Source of the DNA: a virus
Lineage: Duplodnaviria > Caudoviricetes
Virus record (IMG/VR): IMGVR_UViG_3300044646_000320
Span: 1 to 49,325 of that record
Reading direction: 5' to 3' (one strand)
DNA length: 49,325 bases
Shown here: positions 8,927-18,833 of the stretch, piece by piece
Position numbering within the stretch: position 1 is the first letter of the stretch
Layout of the letters: the number at the start of each line of letters is the position of its first letter
Notes under the pieces: model-generated
Seen by the model: the letters and a program-made list of their open reading frames with translations, nothing else
Told to the model about the DNA's origin: nothing
Database searches by the model: none
Position numbers and translations under genes: made by a program

Positions 8927-9172
8927 ATGGCACTTCCCATCGCTCCACTTCTCATGGGCGGCCTTGGCGCTGCTGGAGTTCTTGCTCTCGACAAGATGCG
9001 CCGCAAGAAGAAGGCAAAGACTGTCGATCAGCGCGCCATGGAAGTCGGTGATGTCACCGGAGAAACCAAGATGGCCTACGGCGGCAGCGTCAAGAAGATG
9101 GCCAAGGGTGGTTCCGTCACCCGTGGCGATGGCGCTTGCATGAAGGGCCACACCAAAGGGAAGATGTACTGA
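8927..9172 (+). CDS. Small basic protein with a hydrophobic N-terminus and MAxGG repeats
   Basis: AGGAGA RBS; MAYGGSVKKMAKGGSV. Confidence 0.7.
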   Translation: MALPIAPLLMGGLGAAGVLALDKMRRKKKAKTVDQRAMEVGDVTGETKMAYGGSVKKMAKGGSVTRGDGACMKGHTKGKMY

Positions 9173-9363
9173 TGCCCCAGAAGCCCGCCTCGAAATCTCG
9201 CGTCAACGAAGCTGGCAACTACACCAAGCCTTCGATGCGCAAGTCGCTGTTCGAGAGCATCAAGGCGGGCGGCAAGGGCGGAAAGCCGGGCCAGTGGAGC
9301 GCCAGAAAGGCGCAGATGCTGGCGCAGCAGTACAAGGCCAAGGGCGGGGGCTACAGGGACTGA
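9172..9363 (+). CDS. Small basic protein (DUF5872-like, N-terminal part)
   Basis: NYTKP..RK...IKAGGKGGKPGQWSARKAQMLA..YK.KGGGY; TGATG coupling. Confidence 0.75.
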   Translation: MPQKPASKSRVNEAGNYTKPSMRKSLFESIKAGGKGGKPGQWSARKAQMLAQQYKAKGGGYRD

Positions 9364-9623
9364 TGCCGCTCAGAGCGCCACAGCAGAGCCTGAAGGCTTG
9401 GACCAAGCAGAAGTGGCGCACCAAGTCTGGCAAGCCCTCTACGCAAGGCTCAGAGGCCACTGGAGAGCGATACCTGCCGGAGAGCGCCATCAAGTCGCTC
9501 TCTGCATCAGAGTACGCTGCAACGACCAAGGCGAAGCGTGAAGGTACTCGCAAGGGCAAGCAATTCGTGGCACAACCGAAGAGCATCGCCAAGAAGACTG
9601 CGAGACACAGGAGCACCAAGTAA
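9363..9623 (+). CDS. Small basic protein (DUF5872-like, C-terminal part)
   Basis: QQSLKAWTKQKWRTKSG...GERYLP..AIKSLS..EYAATT.AKR.G...GKQFV; TGATG coupling. Confidence 0.75.
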   Translation: MPLRAPQQSLKAWTKQKWRTKSGKPSTQGSEATGERYLPESAIKSLSASEYAATTKAKREGTRKGKQFVAQPKSIAKKTARHRSTK

Positions 9624-10297
9624 TGGCCGTTGTAGTCCCGGATCTGTCAGAACTCTTCGAGGAAGCCTACGAGAGGGCTGGACTTGAGATGCGCTCAGGC
9701 TACGACCTGAAGACGATCAGGCGCAGCCTCAACATCCTCACGCTGGAGTGGCAGAACCGTGGCCTCAATCTCTTCACTATCGAATCTGGTACGCAGGCTC
9801 TTTCGTACGGCACTGCCACTTACACCCTTCCGGCAGACACAATCGACCTCATCGAGCATCAACTACGCACCGGAAGTGGAACCTCCCAGACAGACACTGC
9901 CCTTGAGAGAATCAGTGTATCTACTTACGCGCAGCAGACCAACAAAAACACTCAAGGAAGACCCACACAGATCTACATCCAGCGACTAGCCACCGAGACC
10001 AAGGCTACGCTCTGGCCTGTGCCAGACAACACGATGTCCTACACTCTGGTCTACTACAGGCTGAAGGGGATCGATGGTCTGGCTTCCGGCATCTCTGGCT
10101 CTGCCGCGATTCCTCCGCGCTTTGTGCCAGCTCTGGTTGCTGGTCTGGCCTATCAGATCGCGATGAAGAAGCCTGATGCAGCTCCTCGCATCGACCTCCT
10201 CAAGTCGTCCTATGAAGAGCAGTTCTCTCTGGCCGCTGGAGAGGATCAGGAGCGAGCATCTGTGCAGTTCTCTCCCTTTTATAGCTTTGGTGTATGA
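9623..10297 (+). CDS. Putative head-tail adaptor / tail tubular protein A-like
   Basis: Helical N-terminus, G.P..Y...LWPVPD motif, ALVAGLAY.IA C-terminal helix; position in the neck module. Confidence 0.6.
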   Translation: MAVVVPDLSELFEEAYERAGLEMRSGYDLKTIRRSLNILTLEWQNRGLNLFTIESGTQALSYGTATYTLPADTIDLIEHQLRTGSGTSQTDTALERISVSTYAQQTNKNTQGRPTQIYIQRLATETKATLWPVPDNTMSYTLVYYRLKGIDGLASGISGSAAIPPRFVPALVAGLAYQIAMKKPDAAPRIDLLKSSYEEQFSLAAGEDQERASVQFSPFYSFGV

Positions 10298-10623
10298 TGA
10301 CTGCCTACGCCCGTGGATCAAAGGCCTTCGGCTTCTGCGACAAGACTGGGTTCCGATACCCTCTGAGCGATCTTGTCTGGGAGTACAACAACGGTCAGCG
10401 CACAGGGTTTCGCGTCGGAAAGGACGTTGTAGACCCTGACCAGCCCCAGAACTTCCTCGGCAGGCTGAAGATCAACGATCCTCAGTCTCTGCGAGATCCG
10501 CGCCCTGATACGAGTCAGGACGAGTCGAGAGCCCTGTTTGGATGGAATCCGGTTTGGAATGAGATCCAGTACATGGTAGGCTCTGTCGGAACAGTGACCA
10601 TCACCACAACCAATGGAGCATGA
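10294..10623 (+). CDS. Hypothetical virion-associated protein
   Basis: CDKTGFRYPL..L...DPDQPQN..DPQSLRDPRPD; ends in GSVGTVTITT. Confidence 0.7.
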   Translation: MMTAYARGSKAFGFCDKTGFRYPLSDLVWEYNNGQRTGFRVGKDVVDPDQPQNFLGRLKINDPQSLRDPRPDTSQDESRALFGWNPVWNEIQYMVGSVGTVTITTTNGA

Positions 10624-10624
10624 C

Positions 10625-10807
10625 ATGGCGATGTGCGGCACGAAGAAGATGGCCATGGGTGGAAAGGCCAAGAAGATGATGGGTGGCGGCTACGCCAACA
10701 AGCCCATGATGATGAAGGAAGGCGGCAAGGCGAAGAAGATGGCCATGGGCGGCAAGTGCCGTGGCATGGGATCTGCCATGCGCGGTGGCAATTACAGCAT
10801 GGCGTAA
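10625..10807 (+). CDS. Met/Gly/Lys-rich microprotein made of M(A)xGG repeats
   Basis: 60 aa with 14 Met; GGAG RBS; KKMAMGGK occurs twice. Confidence 0.65.
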   Translation: MAMCGTKKMAMGGKAKKMMGGGYANKPMMMKEGGKAKKMAMGGKCRGMGSAMRGGNYSMA

Positions 10808-10813
10808 GTTCAA

Positions 10814-11461
10814 ATGAACTACTCTCAGCTCGTTCAGTTAATACAAGACTACACTGAGAACACGGAGACCAGCTTCGTCTCCAACATCCCGAACTTTGTG
10901 CGTCAAGCAGAAGAGCGGGTGTTCAGGACGATCATGCTCCCGGAGCTGAGGAAGAACGCCACGACCCCCATCAATCAGGGCGGGCAGTACGTTGCAAGGC
11001 CAACGGACTTCCTGTCTGTGTTCTCGTTTGCCGTCATAGATGGCAGCGGAAACTACAGCTACCTGATCGACAAGGATGTGAACTTCATCAGGGAAGCGTA
11101 CCCGTCATCCTCCACTCAGGGTGTTCCGAAGTACTACGCCCAGTTCGACGGTGATGTCACATCTCCCGTGTCATACGGCAACTTCATCTTGGGTCCGACG
11201 CCGAACGCATCGTACACCGTCGAACTCCACTACTACTACGACCCCCCTTCCATTGTTGACTCTGGAACCTCTTGGCTCGGAGACAACGCTGAAACGGTCC
11301 TTCTGTATGGCGCTCTCATCGAGGCGTACACATACATGAAGGGGGAGGCTGATCTGATCTCCCAGTACACAGAGCGCTATCGTGAGGCTCTGGCGCAACT
11401 TGGTGGTGTCAGCATCAGAAGCGACCGAGATGAATACAGAGACGGAAAACTAACTTCCTGA
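10814..11461 (+). CDS. Putative head-tail adaptor / neck protein
   Basis: MNYSQLVQLIQDY..F...AE.R; G.PKYYA...GPTP..Y.VELHYY; LLYGALIEAY; same architecture as 9623-10297. Confidence 0.6.
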   Translation: MNYSQLVQLIQDYTENTETSFVSNIPNFVRQAEERVFRTIMLPELRKNATTPINQGGQYVARPTDFLSVFSFAVIDGSGNYSYLIDKDVNFIREAYPSSSTQGVPKYYAQFDGDVTSPVSYGNFILGPTPNASYTVELHYYYDPPSIVDSGTSWLGDNAETVLLYGALIEAYTYMKGEADLISQYTERYREALAQLGGVSIRSDRDEYRDGKLTS

Positions 11462-11478
11462 AGAGCTGAGGTAGTTCA

Positions 11479-11781
11479 ATGATAACTCAATCAATGGGAT
11501 TGGATGTCCCGAGGTATGCTCAGATTGTGAACGTACAAACTACGTCTCACAGAGGGTCTTCCCCGGAAGAGGTCGCATCCCGCTGCGCGTCCAAGTTGAT
11601 CAGCGTCTCGCGTGATGCACACCCCGCCATCAGAGAGCAGGCTGAGGCGTTCAAGGGGAGCATCGAGAAGCTGCTGGCCCACTACATGCGTGAAGCTATA
11701 GCAAGCGACCGCACAACCGTGTATAATGCACTGAAGGATGCGGGCCATCCTGAACTTGCAGAACTGATCAGGAGGATCTGA
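11479..11781 (+). CDS. Hypothetical phage protein
   Basis: GAGG RBS; 100-aa helical protein. Confidence 0.7.
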   Translation: MITQSMGLDVPRYAQIVNVQTTSHRGSSPEEVASRCASKLISVSRDAHPAIREQAEAFKGSIEKLLAHYMREAIASDRTTVYNALKDAGHPELAELIRRI

Positions 11782-11782
11782 G

Positions 11783-12220
11783 ATGGCGTTCACCGGCAAC
11801 TTCATGTGCACGAGCTTCAAGCAAGAGCTGATGCAAGCTGTGCATGACTTCACCGCGTCCACTGGCGATACGTTCAAGCTGGCGCTTTACACGAACTCCG
11901 CTTCGTTCACGGCTGCGACGACGGCCTACACCTCTAGCAACGAGGTCGGAGCTTCTGGATCGTACGCCGCTGGTGGTGGCACCCTGACGAACGTCACCCC
12001 GACGACGAGCGGCACGACGGCATTCACTGACTTCGCCGACATCACGTTCACCTCGGCGACGATCACTGCTCGCGGAGCGCTGATCTACAACGACAGCGCC
12101 ACTGGAGACCCCTCTGTCGTCGTCCTCGACTTCGGCTCCGACAAGACATCGACTGCCGGTGACTTCACGATCCAGTTTCCGACAGCAGATGCGTCGAACG
12201 CGATCATTCGCATTGCCTGA
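11783..12220 (+). CDS. Putative small virion structural / fibre subunit
   Basis: MAFTGNFMCTSFKQEL...FKLALYT...GSY.AGG.TL...DFADITF...TARGALIYN...LDFG.DK; AGGAGG RBS. Confidence 0.7.
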   Translation: MAFTGNFMCTSFKQELMQAVHDFTASTGDTFKLALYTNSASFTAATTAYTSSNEVGASGSYAAGGGTLTNVTPTTSGTTAFTDFADITFTSATITARGALIYNDSATGDPSVVVLDFGSDKTSTAGDFTIQFPTADASNAIIRIA

Positions 12221-12238
12221 CGAGAACCGGAGCAAGTC

Positions 12239-12508
12239 ATGAAAATTGACTTTCAGTTCACTCATCCCGTTCACGGGAAGTTTGCTGACGCCATTCACCT
12301 CCCTGACGATCACACGTTCTCGGATGGTGAGATCGAGGCAATGAAGCAACAGAGGTTCGACAACTGGGTTGCAATTGTCGGGGCTCCGCCTGTCGAAGAG
12401 AACACTACCGTAGAGGTAGGTGGAAACATCTACGCAAAACTTGAAGGAGCCCCTGAGAACGGGGCCGTCCTCATTCAAGTGGAAGGCGTCTGGTACTATA
12501 GGGTGTAA
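12239..12508 (+). CDS. Hypothetical protein, possible partner or chaperone of the large fibre
   Basis: GGAG RBS; 89 aa; directly upstream of the large fibre gene. Confidence 0.65.
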   Translation: MKIDFQFTHPVHGKFADAIHLPDDHTFSDGEIEAMKQQRFDNWVAIVGAPPVEENTTVEVGGNIYAKLEGAPENGAVLIQVEGVWYYRV

Positions 12509-12510
12509 AA

Positions 12511-15500
12511 GTGGCGGATCGCTATTGGGTCGGTGGTACTGCAAGCTGGGATGGAACCGCCGGGACAAAGTGGTCTGCCACTTCTGGCGGTGCTGGAGGC
12601 GCTTCTGTTCCAACAACGTCTGATGATGTTTTCTTTGATGCAGCTTCAACTGGGACAGTTACTATCGCATCTGGAAACACTGGTGCGAAGTCGATCAACT
12701 GCACTGGGTTCATTGGCACACTGACTGGTAGCGCTGCGATATCCGTCGCAGGAAGCATCACTCTAGATGCTGGGATGACATATTCATACACAGGAGCAAT
12801 TACAATTACCGGAACTGGTACCTTGACTAGTGCCGGAAAGACAATGAGCCAAAACATAACGATCAACGGCTCTGGAATAACAGTTACTCTTGGAGACGCT
12901 TTAACCACCTCAAACAGCTCAGCAATTATTGTTTCTCAGGGAACATTTACAACAAATAACTACAACTTTACCGGAGGTCAACTTAGCTCGACAGGAACAT
13001 CTGTTAGGGCAATCAGCCTCGGCTCCAGCACTGTTACATTGAGGTTCAATACTCCAGTTAACTTTACAACTACCTCAAACTTGACATTTAATGCCGGAAC
13101 ATCTACTATTATAGTTGATAGCGGTGCAAATACATTTAATGGTGGAACTCAGTCTACTACTGGAGTAACATTTTACAATGTTACGTTTAACTTGGGAAAT
13201 TCTAGTGGATTGTCAATAAATGGAAGAAATACTTTTAATGACTTAACATTAAAAGGATCAACGTCTTCCGCAGGTTTGTATAGATATGCATTTAGAGACA
13301 ACCAAGTTATCAATGGAACATTTTCATCTGGAGACACAGATCCAGTAAAAAGGGTTTTGGTTTCTAGCTCCACATCATCTACATCAACAAATAAAATTTC
13401 ATACACACTTACACTCAATGGGAGTGTAAGCATATCTGATGTTGACTTTGAAAACATTTTTATAATTGGAACTTCTTCTCCAATATCTGGAACAAGAATC
13501 GGGGACATGAAAGGAACCTACGGGATTACTTTCTCGTCCCCCAAGACTGTATATCTGGTCGGGAATACATCTGGCTGGGCTGGTAATGGTGGAGCCAACT
13601 GGGCAGCTTCATCCGGCGCTGCTGGTGCTGCCGCCAATTTCCCACTTCCTCAGGACACAGCAGTAATAGATCAGAGCAGTCCGTCCTCGATCAGCATGTC
13701 TGGAGGCCCGACATACTTTGGAACTTTGGACTCTTCATCTAGGACAAGCGCATTCAGTATTTCATTCAGTGCAGATTATCTTGTGTACGGTAACATAGTT
13801 ACTGGATCAGGAATTTCTTACTCAAACAATAGAGTTTTGTATTTTCTTGGAAGGTCTCTACAGACTATCACCAGTGCAGGTAAAACTCTTAACCAAGCTA
13901 TAAGCATAATTTCTTATGGCGGGACAGTTGAACTAGCTGACGCTTTAAATATTGGACAGTCATTTTCTTTGTCAACTGGTACCTTTGATACGAAAGGGTA
14001 TAATCTTACATGTTCCTCCATAGGATCTGGTGACAATTTTCAAAGAACAATTAACCTAGGGTCTTCAACTGTAACAATTACAGCTGGGGTATCTTTTAAT
14101 AATACAACAAATTTGACCTTTAATGCAGGTACTTCAACTATAACAAGCAATGCTACAACTTTTAGCTTAACAGTTGCATCAACTGGTGGTAGTGGTGTTA
14201 CTTTTTACAATGTAACATCTACATCTAATGCATCAACTGGTGGAATTGTTGTACAAGGTAGCAATACATTTAATAATCTTACATCATCAAATTCTGCTGT
14301 AAATGGATACAGATATATTTCTTTTAACGCAGATCAAACTATAAATGGAACACTAAGTTGCGCCGGAGCCTCTGAGACTCGTAGAATTAGATTGATTTCA
14401 AATACTCTTGGATCATCAAGAACATTGACAGTGAATACTCTTACAGCGAGCAACTGTGATTTTAGGGACATTACAATTGCTGGAACTGCCGCTGGTGGAT
14501 CTCCCGCTGGCGCTGGCGATGCTGGAAACAACTCAGGCATCACGTTCCCGGCGGCAAAGACTGTCTACTGGAATCTAGCTGGAAGCAACAACTGGGATGC
14601 CAATGCGTGGGCATCGGCATCCGGAAGTTCTCCAGCCGCTGCAAACTTCCCCCTCGCTCAAGACACATGCGTATTTGACGATGCTGGCAGCGCAGGGACT
14701 GTATCGCTCAATTATGAGCACTTTATTGGAACACTAAACTGCGGATCAAGAACTTCTGCCATGACTTTTAGTCATGGTGGTCAATCACCAGTAATTTATG
14801 GAAACTTTACTCTTGGAACTGGTGTAACAATAACAGATGTTGCTGGTGCTTTTGTTTTCTCTGGAAGAGGAACTCAAACAATTACAAGCAACGGAGTTCA
14901 GTTTGGAGTAACAGTTAACATATCAAAACCTGCTGGTTCATTAGAACTTGCTGATGCAATTTCAATTGCATCTGGAAGAATTTTGCTTCACAATACTGGT
15001 GTTTTTGATGCAAAAACTTATAATGTTACTGCTGGTATATATCAATCAAATAGTAGTTCTGAAAGAACTCTTCGAATGGGATCTGGGCTATGGACACTGA
15101 GCGGGACAGGTAATGTATGGAATATGTCTAACAGTGGCATAAATTTCAATCCAGAAACTGCTGATATAACTTTATCAAATACAAGTTCTACTTCAAGAAC
15201 ATTTACAGGTGCTGGGTTTTCGTATAATAAATTAACAATTGGTGGAGCAACAGGAACATCTACGCTTACATTAAACGGAGCAAACGTATATAAAGAGCTT
15301 GCATCAACAAAGACTGTAGCACACACTATCAGTGTGGCTTCTTCAACAATTTTTGGAAAGTGGTCAGTATCAGGAACATCTGGAAACGTTGTTACAATTT
15401 CTGGTAGTAATTTTGATATATATGGGCCCGCTACTAGCGGTATAGATTATCTTTCGATGGGAAGTATAGGAGTTTCCGCTTCATCTCCGGGTGAGTTTTA

Positions 15501-17574
15501 CGCCGGTGCGAACTCTACTGGAACGGCAGCAGCACCGACCTTCAGAACCGCAGCGCCTGCGGCGAGAACTCTTTACTGGGTTGGCGGCACAGGGAACTGG
15601 GACAATACAGCGAGATGGTCTCTGTCCTCTGGTGGAGGCGGTGGAGAAGCAATACCCACATCGCTTGATGATGTTGTATTTGATTCATCTTCAAATGCGA
15701 CAGCATATACCGCAACTATAAATGTTACTGCTAGATGCAAAAGCATTAACGTATCTGGCCCGGCGTCAGGAAATGTTACGCTTTCTGGAACATCAACTTT
15801 AATTATGCATGACGATTTAACTATCGCTGCGACTGGTATTACTTGGTCGTATACTGGTACTATGATTTTTTCTGGAACAGGATCTGGAAAAACAATAACA
15901 ACAAATGGAGTTACGCTAACCAATACAATTTTCCTCCGTGGGTATGGGGCTGAATGGTCTCTTGGCAGTGCGCTTACTGCAACAAATAGATCTATAAATG
16001 TTAATATTGGTACTATTGATTTTGATACATATAACTCAACTTTTTCTGATCTTTCTACTAGTTTAAATGCTCCAAAGACAATTGATTTTGGCTCAGGTAC
16101 TATGTCGGTAAATGGAACAACTGCTATTGGCTTTCCAACTACAACGAATGAATCTAATGCGCTTACTGTTATAGCCGGTACAAGCCAAATAAATGTTGGA
16201 ATAAATGCAACTAGTGGATTCTTTAATGGGTCTGGTAAAACATTTTATAATGTATCATTTACTGGAACTTCAAAAGTTGTAACGATTAGAGGAAGCAACA
16301 CATTTAATAACTTATCTTCAACAGCCAGAGTAGCATCTGGTGTTTCTGGTATTACATTTGAAGCAGACCAAACCATTAATGGAACCTTGACATTAAACGC
16401 AGGACCGAATGCAACAGCTAGAGAATTTTTAAGATCTAGTGATCCTGTTGTTCAAAGGACTCTGACATGCAATGCCGTCGCTGCGTTGACTGATGTTGAT
16501 TTCAGTAACATAGCCATTGCAGGCGCTGCTGTGTCTGGCGGAAATCTTACTGGCACGAGGCTCGGAGATTGCACAGGCAACTCTGGCATCACATTCACTG
16601 CCGCAGCGAACAAGTACTGGAACCTTGCTGCCGGTGGCAATTGGAACGCCACAGCGTGGGCTACAAGCTCCGGTGGTGCCGTCGATGTGAACAACTTCCC
16701 TCTCGCTCAGGACACGGCATTTATAGAGTCATCATCTCCAAACTCTGGAACTACAATTACAGTCAGTGTTGGATACAACATTGGCAATATAAATATGTCT
16801 GGGAGGACAACAAATACCCTTACTTTCACACACACAACAAATGATCTTTTTATATATGGTAACTTTGTAAATGGAACTGGAGTAACATTTTCTGGATCAG
16901 CAAACTATATATTTTCTGGAAACTCGTCAGCATCTCTTACGAGTGCTGGGGTATCGTTCAGCAACGCAATAATTATTCAGAAGAATGGCGCAAGTTTAAC
17001 TCTTCAAGATGCTTTATCAATGAGCTTTACATCGGCATCTGGCCTAAGGCTCGATAACGGCACACTTGATGCTGCAACCTATAATGTAACTCTTACTAGT
17101 CTTAATACTTTTGCAAGCGCAAACACCAATAGCAGGACTCTTGCTGTTGGCTCAGGAACTTGGACCATGCCAGCTTCTGGCACCGCATGGAACTTGGGGA
17201 CTTCATCAGGGATTACAGTAACTGGAACTGGAACAATTAAATTTACATCATCATCAAGCAAAACATTTTCTGCTGGAGGAATTTCATATGATAGCGTGAC
17301 AATAGATCAGGCTGGGTCTGGTGCTCTTAGTATTACTGGGGATAATAAGTTTGAAAACATAACAAATTCATATGGGTCTACTGGAGCTACAAGCATCGCT
17401 CTAGGAAGCTCAATACAAAAAGTGGATCAATTTACAGCTTCTGGTTCTTCTGGTAATCTTCTTTCTATATCAGGTTCTAGTGATGGTAGTTTTGCAACTA
17501 TTATATATACAGGAGCTGGAAACATTAATGTAGACTACATCTCCGCAACCTTTGTGTCGGTGTACCCAGCATGA
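12511..17574 (+). CDS. Large repetitive beta-helix-like fibre/adhesin (about five 340-aa modules)
   Basis: 1687 aa, S/T/G/N-rich; modules start with YW(VGG/NLA) or YLVG and contain P...DDV or NFPL.QDT; GTG start; AT-rich DNA. Confidence 0.75.
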   Translation: MADRYWVGGTASWDGTAGTKWSATSGGAGGASVPTTSDDVFFDAASTGTVTIASGNTGAKSINCTGFIGTLTGSAAISVAGSITLDAGMTYSYTGAITITGTGTLTSAGKTMSQNITINGSGITVTLGDALTTSNSSAIIVSQGTFTTNNYNFTGGQLSSTGTSVRAISLGSSTVTLRFNTPVNFTTTSNLTFNAGTSTIIVDSGANTFNGGTQSTTGVTFYNVTFNLGNSSGLSINGRNTFNDLTLKGSTSSAGLYRYAFRDNQVINGTFSSGDTDPVKRVLVSSSTSSTSTNKISYTLTLNGSVSISDVDFENIFIIGTSSPISGTRIGDMKGTYGITFSSPKTVYLVGNTSGWAGNGGANWAASSGAAGAAANFPLPQDTAVIDQSSPSSISMSGGPTYFGTLDSSSRTSAFSISFSADYLVYGNIVTGSGISYSNNRVLYFLGRSLQTITSAGKTLNQAISIISYGGTVELADALNIGQSFSLSTGTFDTKGYNLTCSSIGSGDNFQRTINLGSSTVTITAGVSFNNTTNLTFNAGTSTITSNATTFSLTVASTGGSGVTFYNVTSTSNASTGGIVVQGSNTFNNLTSSNSAVNGYRYISFNADQTINGTLSCAGASETRRIRLISNTLGSSRTLTVNTLTASNCDFRDITIAGTAAGGSPAGAGDAGNNSGITFPAAKTVYWNLAGSNNWDANAWASASGSSPAAANFPLAQDTCVFDDAGSAGTVSLNYEHFIGTLNCGSRTSAMTFSHGGQSPVIYGNFTLGTGVTITDVAGAFVFSGRGTQTITSNGVQFGVTVNISKPAGSLELADAISIASGRILLHNTGVFDAKTYNVTAGIYQSNSSSERTLRMGSGLWTLSGTGNVWNMSNSGINFNPETADITLSNTSSTSRTFTGAGFSYNKLTIGGATGTSTLTLNGANVYKELASTKTVAHTISVASSTIFGKWSVSGTSGNVVTISGSNFDIYGPATSGIDYLSMGSIGVSASSPGEFYAGANSTGTAAAPTFRTAAPAARTLYWVGGTGNWDNTARWSLSSGGGGGEAIPTSLDDVVFDSSSNATAYTATINVTARCKSINVSGPASGNVTLSGTSTLIMHDDLTIAATGITWSYTGTMIFSGTGSGKTITTNGVTLTNTIFLRGYGAEWSLGSALTATNRSINVNIGTIDFDTYNSTFSDLSTSLNAPKTIDFGSGTMSVNGTTAIGFPTTTNESNALTVIAGTSQINVGINATSGFFNGSGKTFYNVSFTGTSKVVTIRGSNTFNNLSSTARVASGVSGITFEADQTINGTLTLNAGPNATAREFLRSSDPVVQRTLTCNAVAALTDVDFSNIAIAGAAVSGGNLTGTRLGDCTGNSGITFTAAANKYWNLAAGGNWNATAWATSSGGAVDVNNFPLAQDTAFIESSSPNSGTTITVSVGYNIGNINMSGRTTNTLTFTHTTNDLFIYGNFVNGTGVTFSGSANYIFSGNSSASLTSAGVSFSNAIIIQKNGASLTLQDALSMSFTSASGLRLDNGTLDAATYNVTLTSLNTFASANTNSRTLAVGSGTWTMPASGTAWNLGTSSGITVTGTGTIKFTSSSSKTFSAGGISYDSVTIDQAGSGALSITGDNKFENITNSYGSTGATSIALGSSIQKVDQFTASGSSGNLLSISGSSDGSFATIIYTGAGNINVDYISATFVSVYPA

Positions 17575-18824
17575 CTTGGTATGTAGGAAATAACTCTACC
17601 AACTTCGGTACATACGGCATGAACTTCACGGTTCAGCCGCCAACGGTTGTTGCCGTTACTGGAGTTTCTGGGACTGGAGAGGTTGGCTCCGTAACAGTCA
17701 TCGTCTCTGGGACAGTTGTCCCAGTGACAGGTGTTACTTCCACTGGAGGGGTCGGATCTGTCACCGTTGTTCCGGGGGTCACGGTTCCAGTAACTGGTGT
17801 GTTCGGCACTGGAGAGGTAGGGTCTCCGGTAGTTACTGGAACGTCTCTGACATCAGTAACGGGTGTATTTGCTTCAGGACAGGTTGGTACTGTAAACGTA
17901 ACTGGATCTTCAGTAACATCTGTAACTGGAGTTACTTCTTCTGGTGAAGTTGGATCTGTAACAGTAACTGGAGATGCAAATGTTCAAGTTACTGGTGTAT
18001 TCGCAACTGGGGATGTCGGCACAGTTAACGCTGTAGCGACGACAAATGTTCCTGTTTCTGGCCTTGAGGCAAGCGGTCAGGTTGGATCTGTCCTTGTTTC
18101 AGGGAATGCATTTGTAACTGTAAACGGCCTGTCCGCATCTGGAGAGGTCGGAAGTGTTCAGGTTTCTGGGTCTTCAATCGCACAGGTGAATGGTCTTCAG
18201 GCGTCCGGTCAGGTTGGCGTCGTAACCATTGCGACAGGAACGGGAGTAAACGTACCTGTCACTGGAACTCTTGCCTCCGGTGCGGTTGGCGTTGTCGCGG
18301 TTTCTGGAACATCTGTCACTCAGGTCACTGGTGTATCTGCCACCGGAGAGGTCGGAACTCCCTCTGTAACTGGTGATTCTCTTGTAGTCGTCACGGGCTT
18401 TTCTGCCACGGCAGTTGTTGGATCTGTTGTCGTAGCCGCCAACGCGAACGCCCCTGTAACAGGACTCTCGGCTTCTGGTTCTGTCGGATCAGTGTCTGTG
18501 ACCGGCACTTCTGTCGTGACTCTAACGGGAGTCGAAGGGACAGGAGAGGTTGGCGACGTAACCATCATCGAGGGTCAGGGCGTTACAGTACTCCTTACAG
18601 GGGTGTCTGGATCTGTAATTGCCGGTCAGGTTACGGCTGCGGCTGGTGCTATCGTTTCAGTTCTCGGAGTTCAGGCTACCGCTACATCCAATGGTGTGAT
18701 AACTTGGGGTCCGATCACACCGACGCCCGGCAACTCGTGGACAAATGTAGACCCGGCGACGAGTGACATATGGACTGACATAGATCCTGCTTCGACCAAT
18801 GTGTGGACAGAGATCGCAGCGTGA
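17571..18824 (+). CDS. Val/Gly/Thr/Ser repeat fibre-shaft protein; probably the C-terminal part of the 12511 gene
   Basis: Tandem ~21-aa repeats V.VTGV.A(S/T)G.VG.V.V; Trp-containing C-terminal tail; no SD before its ATG. Confidence 0.7.
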   Translation: MTWYVGNNSTNFGTYGMNFTVQPPTVVAVTGVSGTGEVGSVTVIVSGTVVPVTGVTSTGGVGSVTVVPGVTVPVTGVFGTGEVGSPVVTGTSLTSVTGVFASGQVGTVNVTGSSVTSVTGVTSSGEVGSVTVTGDANVQVTGVFATGDVGTVNAVATTNVPVSGLEASGQVGSVLVSGNAFVTVNGLSASGEVGSVQVSGSSIAQVNGLQASGQVGVVTIATGTGVNVPVTGTLASGAVGVVAVSGTSVTQVTGVSATGEVGTPSVTGDSLVVVTGFSATAVVGSVVVAANANAPVTGLSASGSVGSVSVTGTSVVTLTGVEGTGEVGDVTIIEGQGVTVLLTGVSGSVIAGQVTAAAGAIVSVLGVQATATSNGVITWGPITPTPGNSWTNVDPATSDIWTDIDPASTNVWTEIAA

Positions 18825-18833
18825 GGACCGGAC

